Source of the DNA: Gnetum montanum
Taxonomy: Eukaryota > Plantae > Gnetophyta
DNA length: 64,000 nucleotides
NCBI GenBank assembly: GCA_015680685.1
Contig: MNCI01001903.1
Location: forward strand, 172,302-236,301
Direction of reading: 5' to 3'
The position numbers and the translations under genes are program-made. The notes beneath the pieces are model-generated. The model saw only the letters and a program-made list of their open reading frames with translations. It did no database searches and had not been told where the DNA came from. Positions 12,134-25,770 of the stretch are shown piece by piece; the first letter of the stretch is position 1; every line of letters begins with the position of its first letter.

Positions 12134-12955
12134 TGATGAAGTGGAAAGTTGGGCTACATCGACACATATGTATCAAGATAGTGTCTATCTTTATCTATAT
12201 AAATGCATGTATGCATTACATTTATGTCATTGTTGAGTCAATAGCATAACAAAGTTCTTGCAATTGCTTTCCATAATAGTTAGAATATTTTCTAAGGGCC
12301 TGTAGTAGGAGTCCAGGATTGTATAGATCCTTATTTGAGCACCAATGTACTTGAACACATTGATGTGATGGCAATAAAGATGAGATTCTTGAAATACCTT
12401 ATAGCACTCGGAATAGCTTAATATTTACTTTTATGCACTTTACTATTCATTTAGTTTAAATTCGTGTTCTTAATTAATTAATTAATTAATACTATTAAGC
12501 AATACACCTAAGTATGATTACCTTGAGCATACTATTAACACTTGGTAATCTTAGTAGTGTTATCGCTTAGTAAGTCCAATAGCCTAACACTTGGTAAGCT
12601 AGTAACATCATAACAAGTTCAAGATATGTATAGAAGGTAGGCTTAGAAACTTATGTTAGGAAGTAAACTAAGGCATTAGATAGTTACTTAGATTAGTTTC
12701 CAATTAATTACTTTATTTCATACTTAGGATAATTAGAATTAAATATAAAAATTAATACAAATCATGTGCCTTGCCTCTCACTTAACCATACACCTGCATC
12801 TACACAAGTTAAGCCAAGAAGATGATGATCACGTCTGTAGGTCACTATCTTTACTACTATCATTTGGAGAGTTAAAGTCCATGGAATTCAACTGAATCAC
12901 TAGTGAATGCTTGTGATTCATATGGTTGGGTGCAAGGACTACTCACCACTCATCA
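12134..12955 (+). repeat. E1 5' LTR
   Basis: TGATGAA...CACTCATCA, aligns with 24277-25153, followed by the PBS. Confidence 0.93.
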
Positions 12956-12956
12956 T

Positions 12957-12974
12957 TGGCACTGTTGCTGGGAA
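12957..12974 (+). promoter_or_regulatory. Primer-binding site, tRNA-Asp type
   Basis: TGGCACTGTTGCTGGGAA is a deaminated form of the Athila PBS TGGCGCCGTTGCCGGGGA. Confidence 0.85.
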
Positions 12975-13106
12975 CTTTAGTTAACTAAGTGTGCTACCTA
13001 GAAGAGATAGTGAAATCATTCATAGACATTGTAAAAGGAACCTAACACTAACATCATTAAATGCAAAGAAAATAACAAAAACACACTATTTTTCTCAATC
13101 ATTGAT

Positions 13107-16100
13107 ATGGCTTCCTTTCATAGGGAAGACTCTTTGCCACCATTCATAAGCAACTCCAATCAAAGATAGGAAGGCCATAAGAAACTTGTGTCTCAAAAAT
13201 TCAAGGTGGTCTACACTCATCCAAATGCCTACACTTCAAAATTCATCTTCATCCTGTACCAAGATGAGTAATTGTAGTGGAGGGACATGGAAGGCAACAT
13301 CATGTTGCCTCTCGACCAATTTGTTCCCATAATGGTTTTGAACAATCTTATCAAGTTGGGCATTGTAGGACTTGATGTAGAATACAAACTATAGGATCAT
13401 GCTTACCAGGATTATCATCCCACAAAAGCATAGAAAAAGAATGATCGGCAAGTGAAAGCTCAATATGAGGCATTAAAAAGATAATGGGGTCTTATCCACT
13501 TATTCCTACAGACACACAAACAAGGTAAGGACTTCTTTTTAGGGACCTTCCAATACACTGATTCTCCTCGTATTTTTGATGAGGATATCCTTAACTGATG
13601 TCTATAGTCCTCTTTGGACAATCCTAGTTCTGGGAAGAATGAATCCCAAGATTAGGGGACCTTGAAAGGAGGTAGCCAAGGTAGGAGCAATGGCAAGCAC
13701 CAACAATAAGATAAACATGATGATTGAGATAGGAAACAAAGAAGCGGAAGCAGTAGGCACTTCTCTAGTGCTAGTTCTCCTTCCTCTTCACCTTCTTCAT
13801 CCTCATTGTATTCCTCCTCCAACTTCGATTAGAGTCCCAGAGGTAACAAAAATAATGATGGAGGTGAGTGGTAGGATAGGGATGATTGTAGATCCTAATG
13901 AAATGATAGAGACTATGGGAATTAGTGGGGAGATGATCATCATAGAGAAAGAAGGAACAATAGGACTCATCATAGGCATCATGGCCATGATAGGGATCTC
14001 TAAAATTGCTATGACCATGATGAGCCCTTGTTGACAACCAAGAACATGTTAAACATTGTAGGGGTTGTAAGGATACCAACCAAGCACATGAAAGATAGCC
14101 AAATCAAATAGTTGGATATGAATAATATCCTCAAGTTTAAAGAAGAAAATAATTCAAAACCACAAAATCACTTGCAAGCCTTTCACGATGCTTGTGCCTT
14201 GTAGAACATGGAGAATGACTAACAAAATTTGTAACTATTTCCATAGACACTCATCAAAGAAGCAGAAAGTTGGTACTAATCCTTATAACTAGAATCTATT
14301 CAAAGATGGAGTACAATGCTTGAACTCTTTAATGAAAAGTATCAAATGTACTCCATAGTGTCCAACTTAAGAAGGCAAATCCAAGGATGGAAATAGAGCA
14401 CTCATGAGTCCTTGGATGCAGCTATGGGCAAGTACTACTCTTTGTTGCACCAATGCCCAAGCCATGACTATTCTCAACAAGATCAACTATGCCACATCAT
14501 AAAATGGGCTCAGAACTAAAATGAGAAGAACCCTTGGGTTCTATGCCCAAGATAGACTTTATGAGCTAAGGGTCGATCAGATCCAAAGGATCATTGAGTA
14601 GGCAGCTAAAGAAGTGGATGAGTTAAAAATGGAAAAGTGCAAAGGAAGGTCTATTTTTGTGACAATGAGGAGGAGGCACCACTTGATGAAGTGGTGTAGA
14701 GGAAAATCTTGCTAATAAAAAATCTATCGCTAAAATATCATCTAAGGCTAATAAAATATGGGACTCCTTGAACAAAAAATTGCAAACTACTCTGAAAATT
14801 GCAAATGAGAGTAGAGACCAAGTAGGTGGTGGTCTTGAGAGAAGGAAGAAAAATGAGGTTGAACGTGAACATTATAAGGCTAAGGGAAAAGTTGCAATAG
14901 TTGAGAAGGTTGTAGATTCCAAGTTAGATGATTATGGGTGTGACATATGTCAATATAAACATCCCAAGGGATGTTGCCCTATTGTTCACATTTACAATAA
15001 TTTGGGATGTATGTTTTAAATCCTAAATTGGTAAAACGGTAAGCACCTAGGAGGTTGCCTTATCCACAAGGCCACTATCAGTAGTAGTTCCACCACCAAA
15101 GTTCTTATCCAAGTGGAGTGCGACCTTAACCTCATGAGCAATACTAGTAGTGGAACCATCCAAAGTCATGGGGGATGCCACCTCCAAGGCAATAGTACCC
15201 TTATCACCAACTTGCTCCTTACAGGTATTACATTTAGTAGTCTGTCTCTTCATGTGACTCTTCTAGTCACGCTTCCTTCTTGCACCACTATTATCCTACA
15301 AAATACTATAGAGCACCATCACTAAGAGGGGAGTCCCAATTTTCCTAATATCCTCCTTCTCACTCTTCAACTTCTACACCTCCACCTACAACTCCTCTTC
15401 CATCTGCTCCACATATGTAGGATGAGATTCCTACATAGCCACATCAGAGAAATGCCACAAGGCCATAAACTTATAGCCGACTCCTCGGTCGGGTGGTTCC
15501 AACACTAAGTCACATAAAAGATATTTCTTTAAAACCAATAGTCCCACAAAGCCCTCAAAAACACTTATGTCTATGAATCCTAGTGCTACCTCCTCTACAA
15601 TGTTTGTCAAACCTCCTTCAAACCAAAGCACTCACCAATTGCGCACTGTGATGCTAACCCATGCAATCATTGATTAGATTAAGGTTGAACATCTTCCAAG
15701 GAAGAGATTTGATCCTAGGAGTTTTCTTCTTTATTTGTAGATTGCTAGAAATAAACCATGCAAGGCTCTTTTGGACTTAAGTTCTAAAGTTAATTTGATT
15801 TCCCAAGAAATGTACAAAGCCTAAAACTTGCCTCTGAAAAAGAGCAATATCATATTAGAATTGGTAGACCAATCCATCATTGTTCTTTTGGAATTAGTGG
15901 AGGACACTGTGACCACTATTTGTAAGTGGTCATATCTTGCTGATTTTCTAGTAATCCATGTGGAGAATGATAAGGAGGACTATCCTATCATCATGGGAAG
16001 AGCATGGATGAGTGTTATTGATGCATGGTTGAGGATAATAAATCTCTCCTTGAAAATTTTCAAGGAGAATAAATTTGGTAAGATTAAGAAAAAATAAGTT

Positions 16101-19100
16101 CTATGCATCATGTATAGTGACATAGGATGCCATTGCATGTAGAAACTATGGTCCATGAAAAGTACATCACTTAAAGAATTTAGTTAGTGTGTAGACATCA
16201 CAGAAATTTAAAGGTGCCTTTATGTAGAAGTTACTAAATAGGAAGGCACTTAGTGACTAATAATTGACAAAGAGGCTGAATAAACAATGTGCATGAAACT
16301 AGTCGAGAGCCTCACAAGCTCTTATGTGAAGAGCATGGATCAACTGGAGCAAATCCATTGCCAACTCTCTAATGAACAAGGTGAAATCAATTGGGGAGAG
16401 TTGGAGATTCATGAGACCTTCAACTAAGAGTCCCTTGAGTTAAAGGCTCTATTGAAAAACATGGAATATGCATTTCTAAACAATGAAAAGCTAGTAATCA
16501 TCAATGCTGTACTTGTTCCTGAACAAAAGAAGAATTTACTAGAAGTTGTCAAAAAATGGCCAATAGCCTTTTCTTGATCATATCATGAGCTCACTAGAAT
16601 TGATCCAAGGATATGCTAGAATATAATATATACAAACTCTTTCATCAAATCAAAAAGGTAGTTGCAAAAATTCTTGAATTCCAAGCTCAAGTAGATCATC
16701 AAAGAGGAGATTGAACAAATCTTCAAGGCAAGGTTCATTTATCTCATTGTGGATAGTGATTGGGTTGGCCCACTTGTTATAGTGCCAAATAAAGGAGAAA
16801 ATTGGAGAGTCTGTATAGAGTTCAGGTTGTTGAACATGGTCATTTATAAAGATTAGTTTCCATTGTCATTTGTGAACCAAGTGTTGGATACAATCATAGG
16901 ACATTACTACTATAGCTTTCTAGATAGTTATAGTGGTTATATACAAATCTAGATTACATTAGAGGACTAGGCCAAGATGACATTCATAAGTCCCTAGGGA
17001 ACTTTTGCATACAAAAAATGCCTTTTGGCCTATGCAATGCTCCTGCTACATTCCAACAGTTTTTCCTCAACATCTTCCAACAACAAATTGATAGTGGGGT
17101 AGAAGTCTTCATGGGTGACTTCTATACCTATGGGGCTACCTTTGAGTAAGCCTTGAACCATTTTGAATAGGTGCATCAATGATGTCTAGAAACTAACTTA
17201 AGGCTTAATTAGTAAAAGAGCCACCTAATGGTTTAAAAAGGCATTGTATTGGGGTACCATATTTCAAAAAAAGGGATCGAGGTAGATCCAAAAAAAAATA
17301 AGGATCATCCAAGGAATAACTAGGCAACCAAACACTATAAAAATGTACAGTCATTCATTGGACACACTAGTTACTACAGATGCTTCATCGAGAACTTCTC
17401 AAAGATCATCAAACCATTGGTGGAGCTAACAAAGAAAGAGCCATCATTCATCTAGACTAAGGAATGTGAGCATGCATTCTAGTAACTTAAGTAGAAGCTT
17501 ATAAGAATTCCCATTCTATGAGAACCAGACTAGTCCAAACCATTCCATATCATGATATACGCATCAAACTATGCCTTGAGAGCTGTGCTAACACATATGG
17601 ATGATTAGAAACATCCATACTACATCCACTATGCAAACAAGAGCATTGTGAGTGCGCAACTTAACTATACCATCACCAAAAGGAGCTTATGGTAGTGGTG
17701 TATGCATTGGATAAATTCAGGTACAACAAAGACCAAAGTGCTATCTAGTTCCTTACGAATAAGCCAATAGTGATCCCTTGTGTCATATAGTGACTAGTGA
17801 TCCTTCAAGAGTTTGATCTCACAATGGTGGACTATAAGGGGACCAAGGATGTTATCGCTAACCACTTATCTTGATTACAATGGGATAGCAAGGAGGAGGA
17901 GAGCCCACTGTTAAACTAATTTCCTAATGAACTCCTCTTTCCTGGTGCTATTAATGAACAAGATCCCAGAGGCATAAACTAGTATGACAACATCCTCTCT
18001 TATCTACTCACACAAGAGATGACACATGATTGGGACTGCAAGAAGAAATAATAGTCTCTTTACCAAGCCAAACATTTCATGGAGATCAATGGAAGCCTCT
18101 ACAAGGTTTTCAGAGATGGCTTGGTATGATGGTGTGTTCCTAATGCTGAAAAAATTCGAGTCCTTCATGATGCTCATTAAGGCCCTTATGGGGGCCATAC
18201 TAGGAGGTGAACAACTATTAAGATCCTCATGGTAGGATATTCTTGGCCTACAATTTTTGAGGATGCCCCTCACTTTTTCTACATCTATGATAAATGTCAA
18301 CATGATGGAGGGATGACTGCATGGATGGAAGAACCTCATAGTAGATCCAACCACTAGAGCCTTTCGTTCTATGGGGGATTGATTTCATGGGGTCCATCAC
18401 CACTATGTCTAATGAAAAGGCATAAATTATCATAGCTATTGACTATTGTACAAAATGGGCTGAAGCTACATCTGTTACCAACTATTCATCATCTATAATG
18501 GCTTAGTTTGTACAACAAAGTGTTGTAAATAGGTTTGGTATGGCACATGCACTAATTTCTAGTAACAGTACATATTTCATGGGTGCCACTTTTTTCAAGC
18601 TCATGCAACGCTTGGGGTTTGAACATAAATTAACAACTCCCTACCATTCCCAAGCCAATGGTCATCAAAGTCACTAATACAAAAATAACCAAAATACGAA
18701 CTCGCACTATTAGTAAATATAGAAAGGACTAGAGTAGTAAACTCAATCATGCCCTTTGGGCTTATTGTTCAACATGAAAACTTCCTATTGGGTTCTCTCC
18801 CTATGAGTTGGTGTATGGAAAAATTCCACTACTTCCCATCTAAGAAGAACTCTGTATAGTTTCAACTACATGTGACCTTGACTTAGACATGATTCTAGCA
18901 CAAAAAGAAAGATTAATGAACCTCAAAGTGCTAGATGAGAATCGATTAGTGGCCTTGCCATCGCACAAAATGCACAAAACACATAGTAAACACTGTCATG
19001 AACTCAAGATAAGGAAAGTAAAGTTTCAACTAGGAGATAAGGTGCTCTACTAGAACTCCATGTATGTTCCTCAATGAACAAAATTTCAAATGCTATAGAA

Positions 19101-19270
19101 GAGTCCTTACATTATCTATGAAATCTTTCCATTTGGGGCCATGATGACCTACCACCTTGATAGCCCAAATAAAAACTTATTAGTCAACACCTAGTAACTA
19201 AAGCCTTTCCATGAACCAAAAGAAACTAGTGGGGTTAATGCCTCACCTCAACATATGGTCAAGCATGCTT
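13107..19270 (+). pseudogene. E1 gag-pol polyprotein remnant
   Basis: Gag core (PQNHLQAFHDACAL ~14160), knuckle CDICQYKHPKGCC, protease KALLDLSSKVNLI ~15765, RT (MPFGLCNAPATFQ ~17020, VFMGDF ~17105), RNase H ~17540-17880, integrase (WGIDFMG ~18370, IAIDYCTKWAEA). Many stops and frameshifts; start approximate. Confidence 0.92.
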
Positions 19271-21212
19271 GATCTTTCAAATCTCCCTCTTCCAGTTTAG
19301 TCATGGGGGAGATGGCCATCTATGTTGAAATTCTACAAAGTGGCTATTCAGTTTTTAATTTTTTTTTTCTTTTACATCATCTTTATTACATTTTTCATTT
19401 TCTTGGGTATTTTACAATTTTTTCTATATTTTTCTTTATTCTTCTTTATTTAAATTTTTCTTACGTTTATTTATTTTCCTTTATTGCCATTAAGAATTTA
19501 GTGCCAACCATAGCTGCTAATTGATTGTGATTTGAAACTTCATTGATTATTTGATTACAAATGATTGGATTTCATTTTAAAATTTTGATGTTTACTAATG
19601 GAACATTGATTCTTTTCATGATAATGGGCACTGAATCCACGTCATCCATCACTCCAGACAACTCTATGGTGTTCTCTCATTTTGGAAATATGAGGACCCT
19701 TCTTAATAATAACTTAAAATGAATAATTGACCTTGGTACTTTCCAAACTTGAAACAAATTAAGTGGATGAACCAGGGTGTGACTTCAAGAAGATTTATCA
19801 CTTTTTTACTTTCTTGTTGTTTGGGGTTGCATGAGTATTTCCATGGATTTCTAACCATTCCTCCATCAACCAATAAATAGAAAACAATGTCTTTGCATGG
19901 TGTGATTCTCATTTGAAAAAAAAATAATGTGAATTTAAAGAAAACTCCTTGGATACAATAACGGGCTACAAGAACTAGTTATGGACCTTGAAAGACATGT
20001 TACCCATGGCTAAAGACACCTCTCTAACTAAGGCTCTTTTCACTTCTTGCTTTTTTTTTCTTCTTTCTTTGGAATGGTGAATGGTCTATAAGGATGTTCT
20101 TGTACCTTGGATGGTGGAATGGTCTAATGTGTCAATGTGAAGTCACTAAAACTAGATGTTATTAATTCAAACTAAGGAAGGAAGTTCTTTGGTTATATTA
20201 ATCACATATTTCACAAGGAACTTCATGTGTCCAACATGCAAAAATCCATTTCATACTCTCTCTCTCTCCCACCTATTCTTTATGTGTACCATCTCACTAC
20301 CTCTTCTCATGAATGTCTTGATGGGTTCGTTTGGTAAATGGTCAAAATTCTTTAATGATTTCTATGATGATTTGGTTTTTAACAATCCACAACCATTAAT
20401 CATCCTTAGGGTCCATGAACTCCTTGGTTTGAGGACATGCAAGGGCATTTAGGGCATGAGCCTCCTATGGGGAGGATCCACTTGCATACTCCTTGGTTGG
20501 GATGGTTAAACTTCTTATCCCTTAACCATCTCACTTTCAAACCATACATTTTCCACAGTGATACATCGAGTTATTACATTTCTTGGCAACTAAATTGCCT
20601 AAGAATCTCCATTTGACACATATTCCAAGCCCTCTTTGAACATTTCTTACTATTCTAGGCTTTTCTAGGTTCCTCTAGACTTTAATTTTATGAAAAAACT
20701 CTTTATTTTTCTTAGTTTTTAAAGGTGAAAATTTTTTGTTTTAGGTTGCATTAACATAGTGCAAAAATAATATAAATATGTGTCAACACCTTGCAATTTT
20801 TCACATTTTCCTTTAAATGCTAAAGGAGTTTTTGATGTTTTCAGAGCCTAGAACCTTCTAGATCCCATACCTTCCTAACTGCTTATCCAAATCACTCGTT
20901 CTTCAATCCTATAACAACCAGAGGTGAACTTTACATCATGGGAGCCACAAACTAATGGTCTCTAATAGAAAATATTTTGAAATTTTTCAAACTCCCACAT
21001 GGTTTAACTAATAAAATAATATTAAATATCCAAAATCATCTAAGTTAAACCTCATCAATAAACTCAGATAGCTATCTTAATAAAATAATATTAAAATAAT
21101 AAATCCACCATGATCACAACTTAGCCTAAGTGTAATTAACTAATGGGACAAGGTATCAAAGTGTTATAAGTTACACATAAAACACTAATCCTTCACTTGT
21201 TTGTGATCACAG

Positions 21213-24104
21213 ATGGTGTCAAAAAGAATACTAGAAGAAGAACTATCCCATCCACGGGAGAAGTGGCCATGAGGGGTAAGGTGCCAGTAGCCACAATAGC
21301 CCTAAGAAGGAGAGGTTGAAACACATGCAATGAGACCTTTTTGGGAGGAGGTTGAAGTGGAATCTATCTATTAGATCCCCACAATGAAAATAGACTAATC
21401 CAAAAGACACAAGGTGCTAGGGCCTAGATCAAACTTGGAGGTTACCTTAACTAAGGCTTACTTAAGATAAATTCACACTAAGGAAATTCAAAGTATAGTT
21501 CTTTAAGGACTTAACTTTGGTTCCTTCTTGTACATGACTTCAGAAGAGATAATAACTCAACTGCAAACCTCTTCCATGTTGCCTATCCTCACTTACAATG
21601 GGGAGTGGTACATGGGAGAGATGTACCTCTTTTGGAATAATAGTCAAGAAGATGTTACAATCAAGATCAACGACATCAATGTGTCTTATTTAGTTGAGGC
21701 CATCACTAAGGCCCTTGGGTTGCTAGATACTAGGGTAACTTTGATGAAGATTTCCATGTAGGCGAATCCATAAGTCAAGAAGGAGTGGGTCCATTGATGC
21801 TATAGAGTGAATCATAAGGAGTACGATGCACTCACCAAGGTAGAGAGGGCTTACTTTAAAATTGCAGCCTACTAGCTAAACCCAACCTTCTCTACCTGTG
21901 CGTGTGCTTCTCTAAGCAAAAAGTTCCCAGTCAACCTTCCACAACTCATATTCCTAGAGATTGAGAAAAGATTCAAAGAAAATGAGTATGGGAGAAAGAC
22001 ACTCCTCTTTCCTTTCCACATCATAAAACTTTCAGAATGGGAAAGATAACCCATTACACTAACAATGCACTTCATCATGCTCCTACTACACCTTAGCAGA
22101 AGATGATGAAGGATAAGGCACCTACCAAGTTGCAAGAAGAGGATTTTCCACCACCACCACATACTTAAGAAACAATGTTGGAGGCATGTTCCACAATCAG
22201 GCACATGAAGAAGCTTTGTGTGCAACTCTTGCAATAATAATAAGAAGGATCAAGTGGTTTGGAGTTTGCAATCTATCAATTAGCTTTAAGCCATTTAAAT
22301 AAAGTAACTCAAACAATAAACTGGCTAAAGGAGACTATGTCATTGTTTTCCACATAGAGAATGTAGGCACCCATAAGATTAAATTTGAGTGCTTGAGAAG
22401 TAATGGTATCCATCCTTGGGTAGCAATAATTTCTAGAGATCTCTAGAAATGCTACCACTTTTTCAGTGTGCTTGGAGGAGGGTAAGGGGATGATTGTCCT
22501 AGTGATGCAACATCATGGATAAGAAATAGTGGTGGAGGTGGTGGTTGATCATGTGGCAAAGGCCCTAAATGCTCCTATGGTTGTTGTGCCAGACATTTTT
22601 ATACTTTAAGATGTGTAGACATTTGCAAGAGTAGGTAGTGAGAGGCTAACACAACCCAACATGAGGAGGTGTTAGACCAACTGTTGGAAGCCAAGCAACC
22701 ACTTCTGAAGATCTTTGATCTTTTGGATAACATAACTACTACCAAGTCAAATTTTTTGGACACTAATGATCAGTTCATCATCACCAATGCCCAACTTGAG
22801 GTAGCCACAACTAAAAATCGATGGTTGGCTTCCAAAGTTGCCAAACTAAGAGCTCACTTAGCTAATCCCACTATTCTTAGCCAAGTAGTGACAAGGGATG
22901 AAGCTTTCTTACATATTCAAAACAAACTTAAAGAGGTTGAGAATGTAAAGGAGATGACAATCTTCAACATGTCTTTATCAAAGGCTTTGGCATACAACAC
23001 CAATAAGGACTTATTGCAAGTCCATAAGGAGAACATCACTCTGACCAGGGACATTCACTTCTTGTGAAATGTCAAGGCACAAAAGAATAAAATGGTGGAA
23101 TTTGTGTGATAATAGTAGGATCATCTTGCTAAGGTGAACATGGATTTGAGGAGGTTGGTAGCCAAAAATAAAAATATCTCAATGAAGAAAGTCTATTCCC
23201 TTCACCAAAAAATAAAAATTAAGGTAGTCGCTTGGAAGAACAAGGTCCTAAAATTTGAATATGTTAAAAATCATTACAGGAACTAGGTTGGGCTTCTCAA
23301 GAGGTGAATGAAAAGAGATTCAACTAGCAAAGGTAAAAATGAATGAGGCCCTCCAACAACTCCAACAAATAGGCAATGTATGATAACCAATCTTTGATGG
23401 ATTGAATGTCTACAACAAAACTAAAATTTTCCTAAATGAGTTACAAACTGAAGACATGATAGAGTACATGGAGCTCACCAACCTCTGTTATGCAAACTTG
23501 GCAATATTGACAACATGAAGGCTACATTCAAAGTTGGAAAAAAAATGGCCAACTCATACCTCCTTGACAAGGTTAAGTTCAAGTATCATAAGGACACAAA
23601 GTAAAAGCTAGAAATAGGAAATGTAGAGCTTGAAGTTCTCAGGAGCTAATTCGCATACCAATGATCGATTGCTAAGAACCTGGCCAAAAGGATGAACCAC
23701 TACCATGAATTGCAGACTCTTGTTAGGATGTTTAGTATTGAATGAAAATAATTCACAATTTGGTTTGTCAATGTCAAGGAGCTGCCCCCTACAATGCTTT
23801 GTTCGTGGGACATCCCTATACTAGCCCACATTGATGATGCTGTGTGGACTATGTACAACCCATGAAGCAAGGAGTAGAAGATGAAGGCATTGTTGAATGT
23901 CTTTCACCTTTTGCCAAAAGTAGTAGTTGCAACAGGGCAATCGTAACCATTGCCTCAACCTCAACAATCATCACCACAAGCACCAGGGATTGGAGAAGGT
24001 CCTTTAGCATCCCAGGAGCCTCCACCTGCTGGCACTGTTTGATCTTCTCTTCATCTTTGATTGTTAGAGAAATTCCAACTATCAACTTTTGTAAGGATGT
24101 TTAA
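21213..24104 (+). pseudogene. E1 env-like/ORF2 remnant (plant-transposon domain + long coiled coil)
   Basis: ATG directly after a CAG acceptor; ORFs 21528-21761 and 22669-23067 are homologous to minus-strand ORFs 46199-46582 and 45351-45542 of E2. Confidence 0.75.
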
Positions 24105-24276
24105 TTTTTTTCTCCTAAACATACATTTTTGTAATCATTATAAATCCATACAATAGGGCACTTAAAATTAGTTAGTAAGTTAGTCAATTTGTGGTTCCAT
24201 ACCTTCCCAATTTTGTAAGAAGTTCATTCCTACTTTTGTTCACTTAAGGATGATTTTTCATTCAGCTGTGGGGGCA

Positions 24277-25153
24277 TGATGAACTGTAAAGTTGGGCTAC
24301 GTCAACAAGCATGTATCAATGCATCCCCATTGATGCATCCCTACTAACACATGAGTTGATGCATCGATGCATATGCATTGATGTAGTGTCTATCTTTGCC
24401 TATATAAATCCATGTACCCACTGCATTTATAGCACAATTAAGTCAATAGCATAACAAAGTTGTTGCAATTTCTTTCCATAATAGTTACAATATTTTCTAA
24501 GTACCCACAGTAAGAGTCAAGAATTGTATCGATCTTGATTTGAGCACCAATGTACATGAATACACTGGTGTAACAGCAATAAAGACGAGATTCTTGAAAT
24601 ACTTTGTAGCACTTGGAATAGCTTAATGTTTACTTTTATGCACATTACTATTCATGCACTTTAAATTTATGTTCTTAATTAATTGATTAATTAATATGCT
24701 TAGGTAATATACATAAGTATGACTGCCTTGAGCATACCGTTAACTCTTGGTAATCCCAACAATGTTATCGCTTGGTACATCTAATAGCCTAACACTTGGT
24801 AACCCAATAACATCATAACAAGTTCAGGATGTGTACAAAAGGTGGACCTAGATACTTATGTTAGGAAGTAGACTATGACATTAGATAGTTACTTAGATTA
24901 GTTTCCAATTAATTACTTTATTTCATACTTAGGATAATTAAAATAAAATATAAAAATTAATACAAATCATGTTCCTTGGCTCTCACTTAACCATATACTA
25001 TACAAGTGAAGCCAAGAAGACAATGATCACATCCATAGGTCACTATCTTTACTACTAGCATTTGGAGAGCTAAAGTCCATGGAATTCAACCAAATTGCTA
25101 GTAAATGATTGTGATTCATATGGATGAATGTAGGGACTACTCACTATTCATCG
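24277..25153 (+). repeat. E1 3' LTR
   Basis: Begins TGATGAAC after the PPT; ends ...TATTCATCG (CA mutated to CG). Confidence 0.93.
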
Positions 25154-25770
25154 ATTTCATAATCACATTTTTTTTATTAAATTTTATGTTTTTTCCTTGA
25201 ATTTTTGCTCCATGAATGTGATATACATTCCCTACATGTAAATTATCATTTTCTATCTTTGCATCTTCATTGTAGGCTATAACTTGCATAATAGATTCCT
25301 ATGAAAAGTAATGAGTTAGTAGCTATTAATATTTAAATAAATTGCAATGGACATAGACATAAATAATTGAAATTGGTACCTTAGCATCCATTACTTGATA
25401 AGTGCACTTTTTTACCATCTTTGATATTTCCAAATGGTTTCATACCAGTTTTGTATATTACATGAATTTCGCAAACCAGATTTTTATTGTAATGATCAAG
25501 AATAGATAATGGCACCAAACTAAGTGGAGTAGTAATGAAGTTAATGGACACTGTGTTATTCACATAATATTATTTTTTCTCATAGCATAAATAAATAAAA
25601 ATAATTTATATTAACTAATATTTATTTCAAAATTTTATAATATGGTAAATGAATTAAAAAAAATTGGACCTATTATTATATGTAGAATTAAAAGTGTTTC
25701 TTTCTAACTTTTTTAGATGATTTTCTTCATTTATTTTTTTGGGCTAATTTTGATTTGTTCATTTTTTCAT
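25154..25770 (-). pseudogene. RPA70-like gene, 5' portion (OB-A)
   Basis: LSILDHYNKNLVCEIHVIYKTGMKPFGNIKDGK; next exon ESIMQVIAYNEDAKIENDNLHVGNVYHIHGAKIQGKNIKFN; rejoins across the E1 TSD as D-Y-E-M-V-L-N. Confidence 0.82.

Larger units (their letters stand above)
12134..25153 (+). mobile_element. Full-length Athila-like Ty3/gypsy LTR retrotransposon (E1), decayed
   Basis: LTRs 12134-12955 and 24277-25153; TSD ATTTT/ATTTC; PBS TGGCACTGTTGCTGGGA; gag-AP-RT-RH-INT order; env-like ORF; PPT TGTGGGGGCA before the 3' LTR. Confidence 0.95.

Noticed and set aside
13690-14079. Overlapping Met/Ile-rich ORFs as separate genes
   Set aside because: Alternative-frame and antisense shadows of the Arg/Asp-rich gag region.
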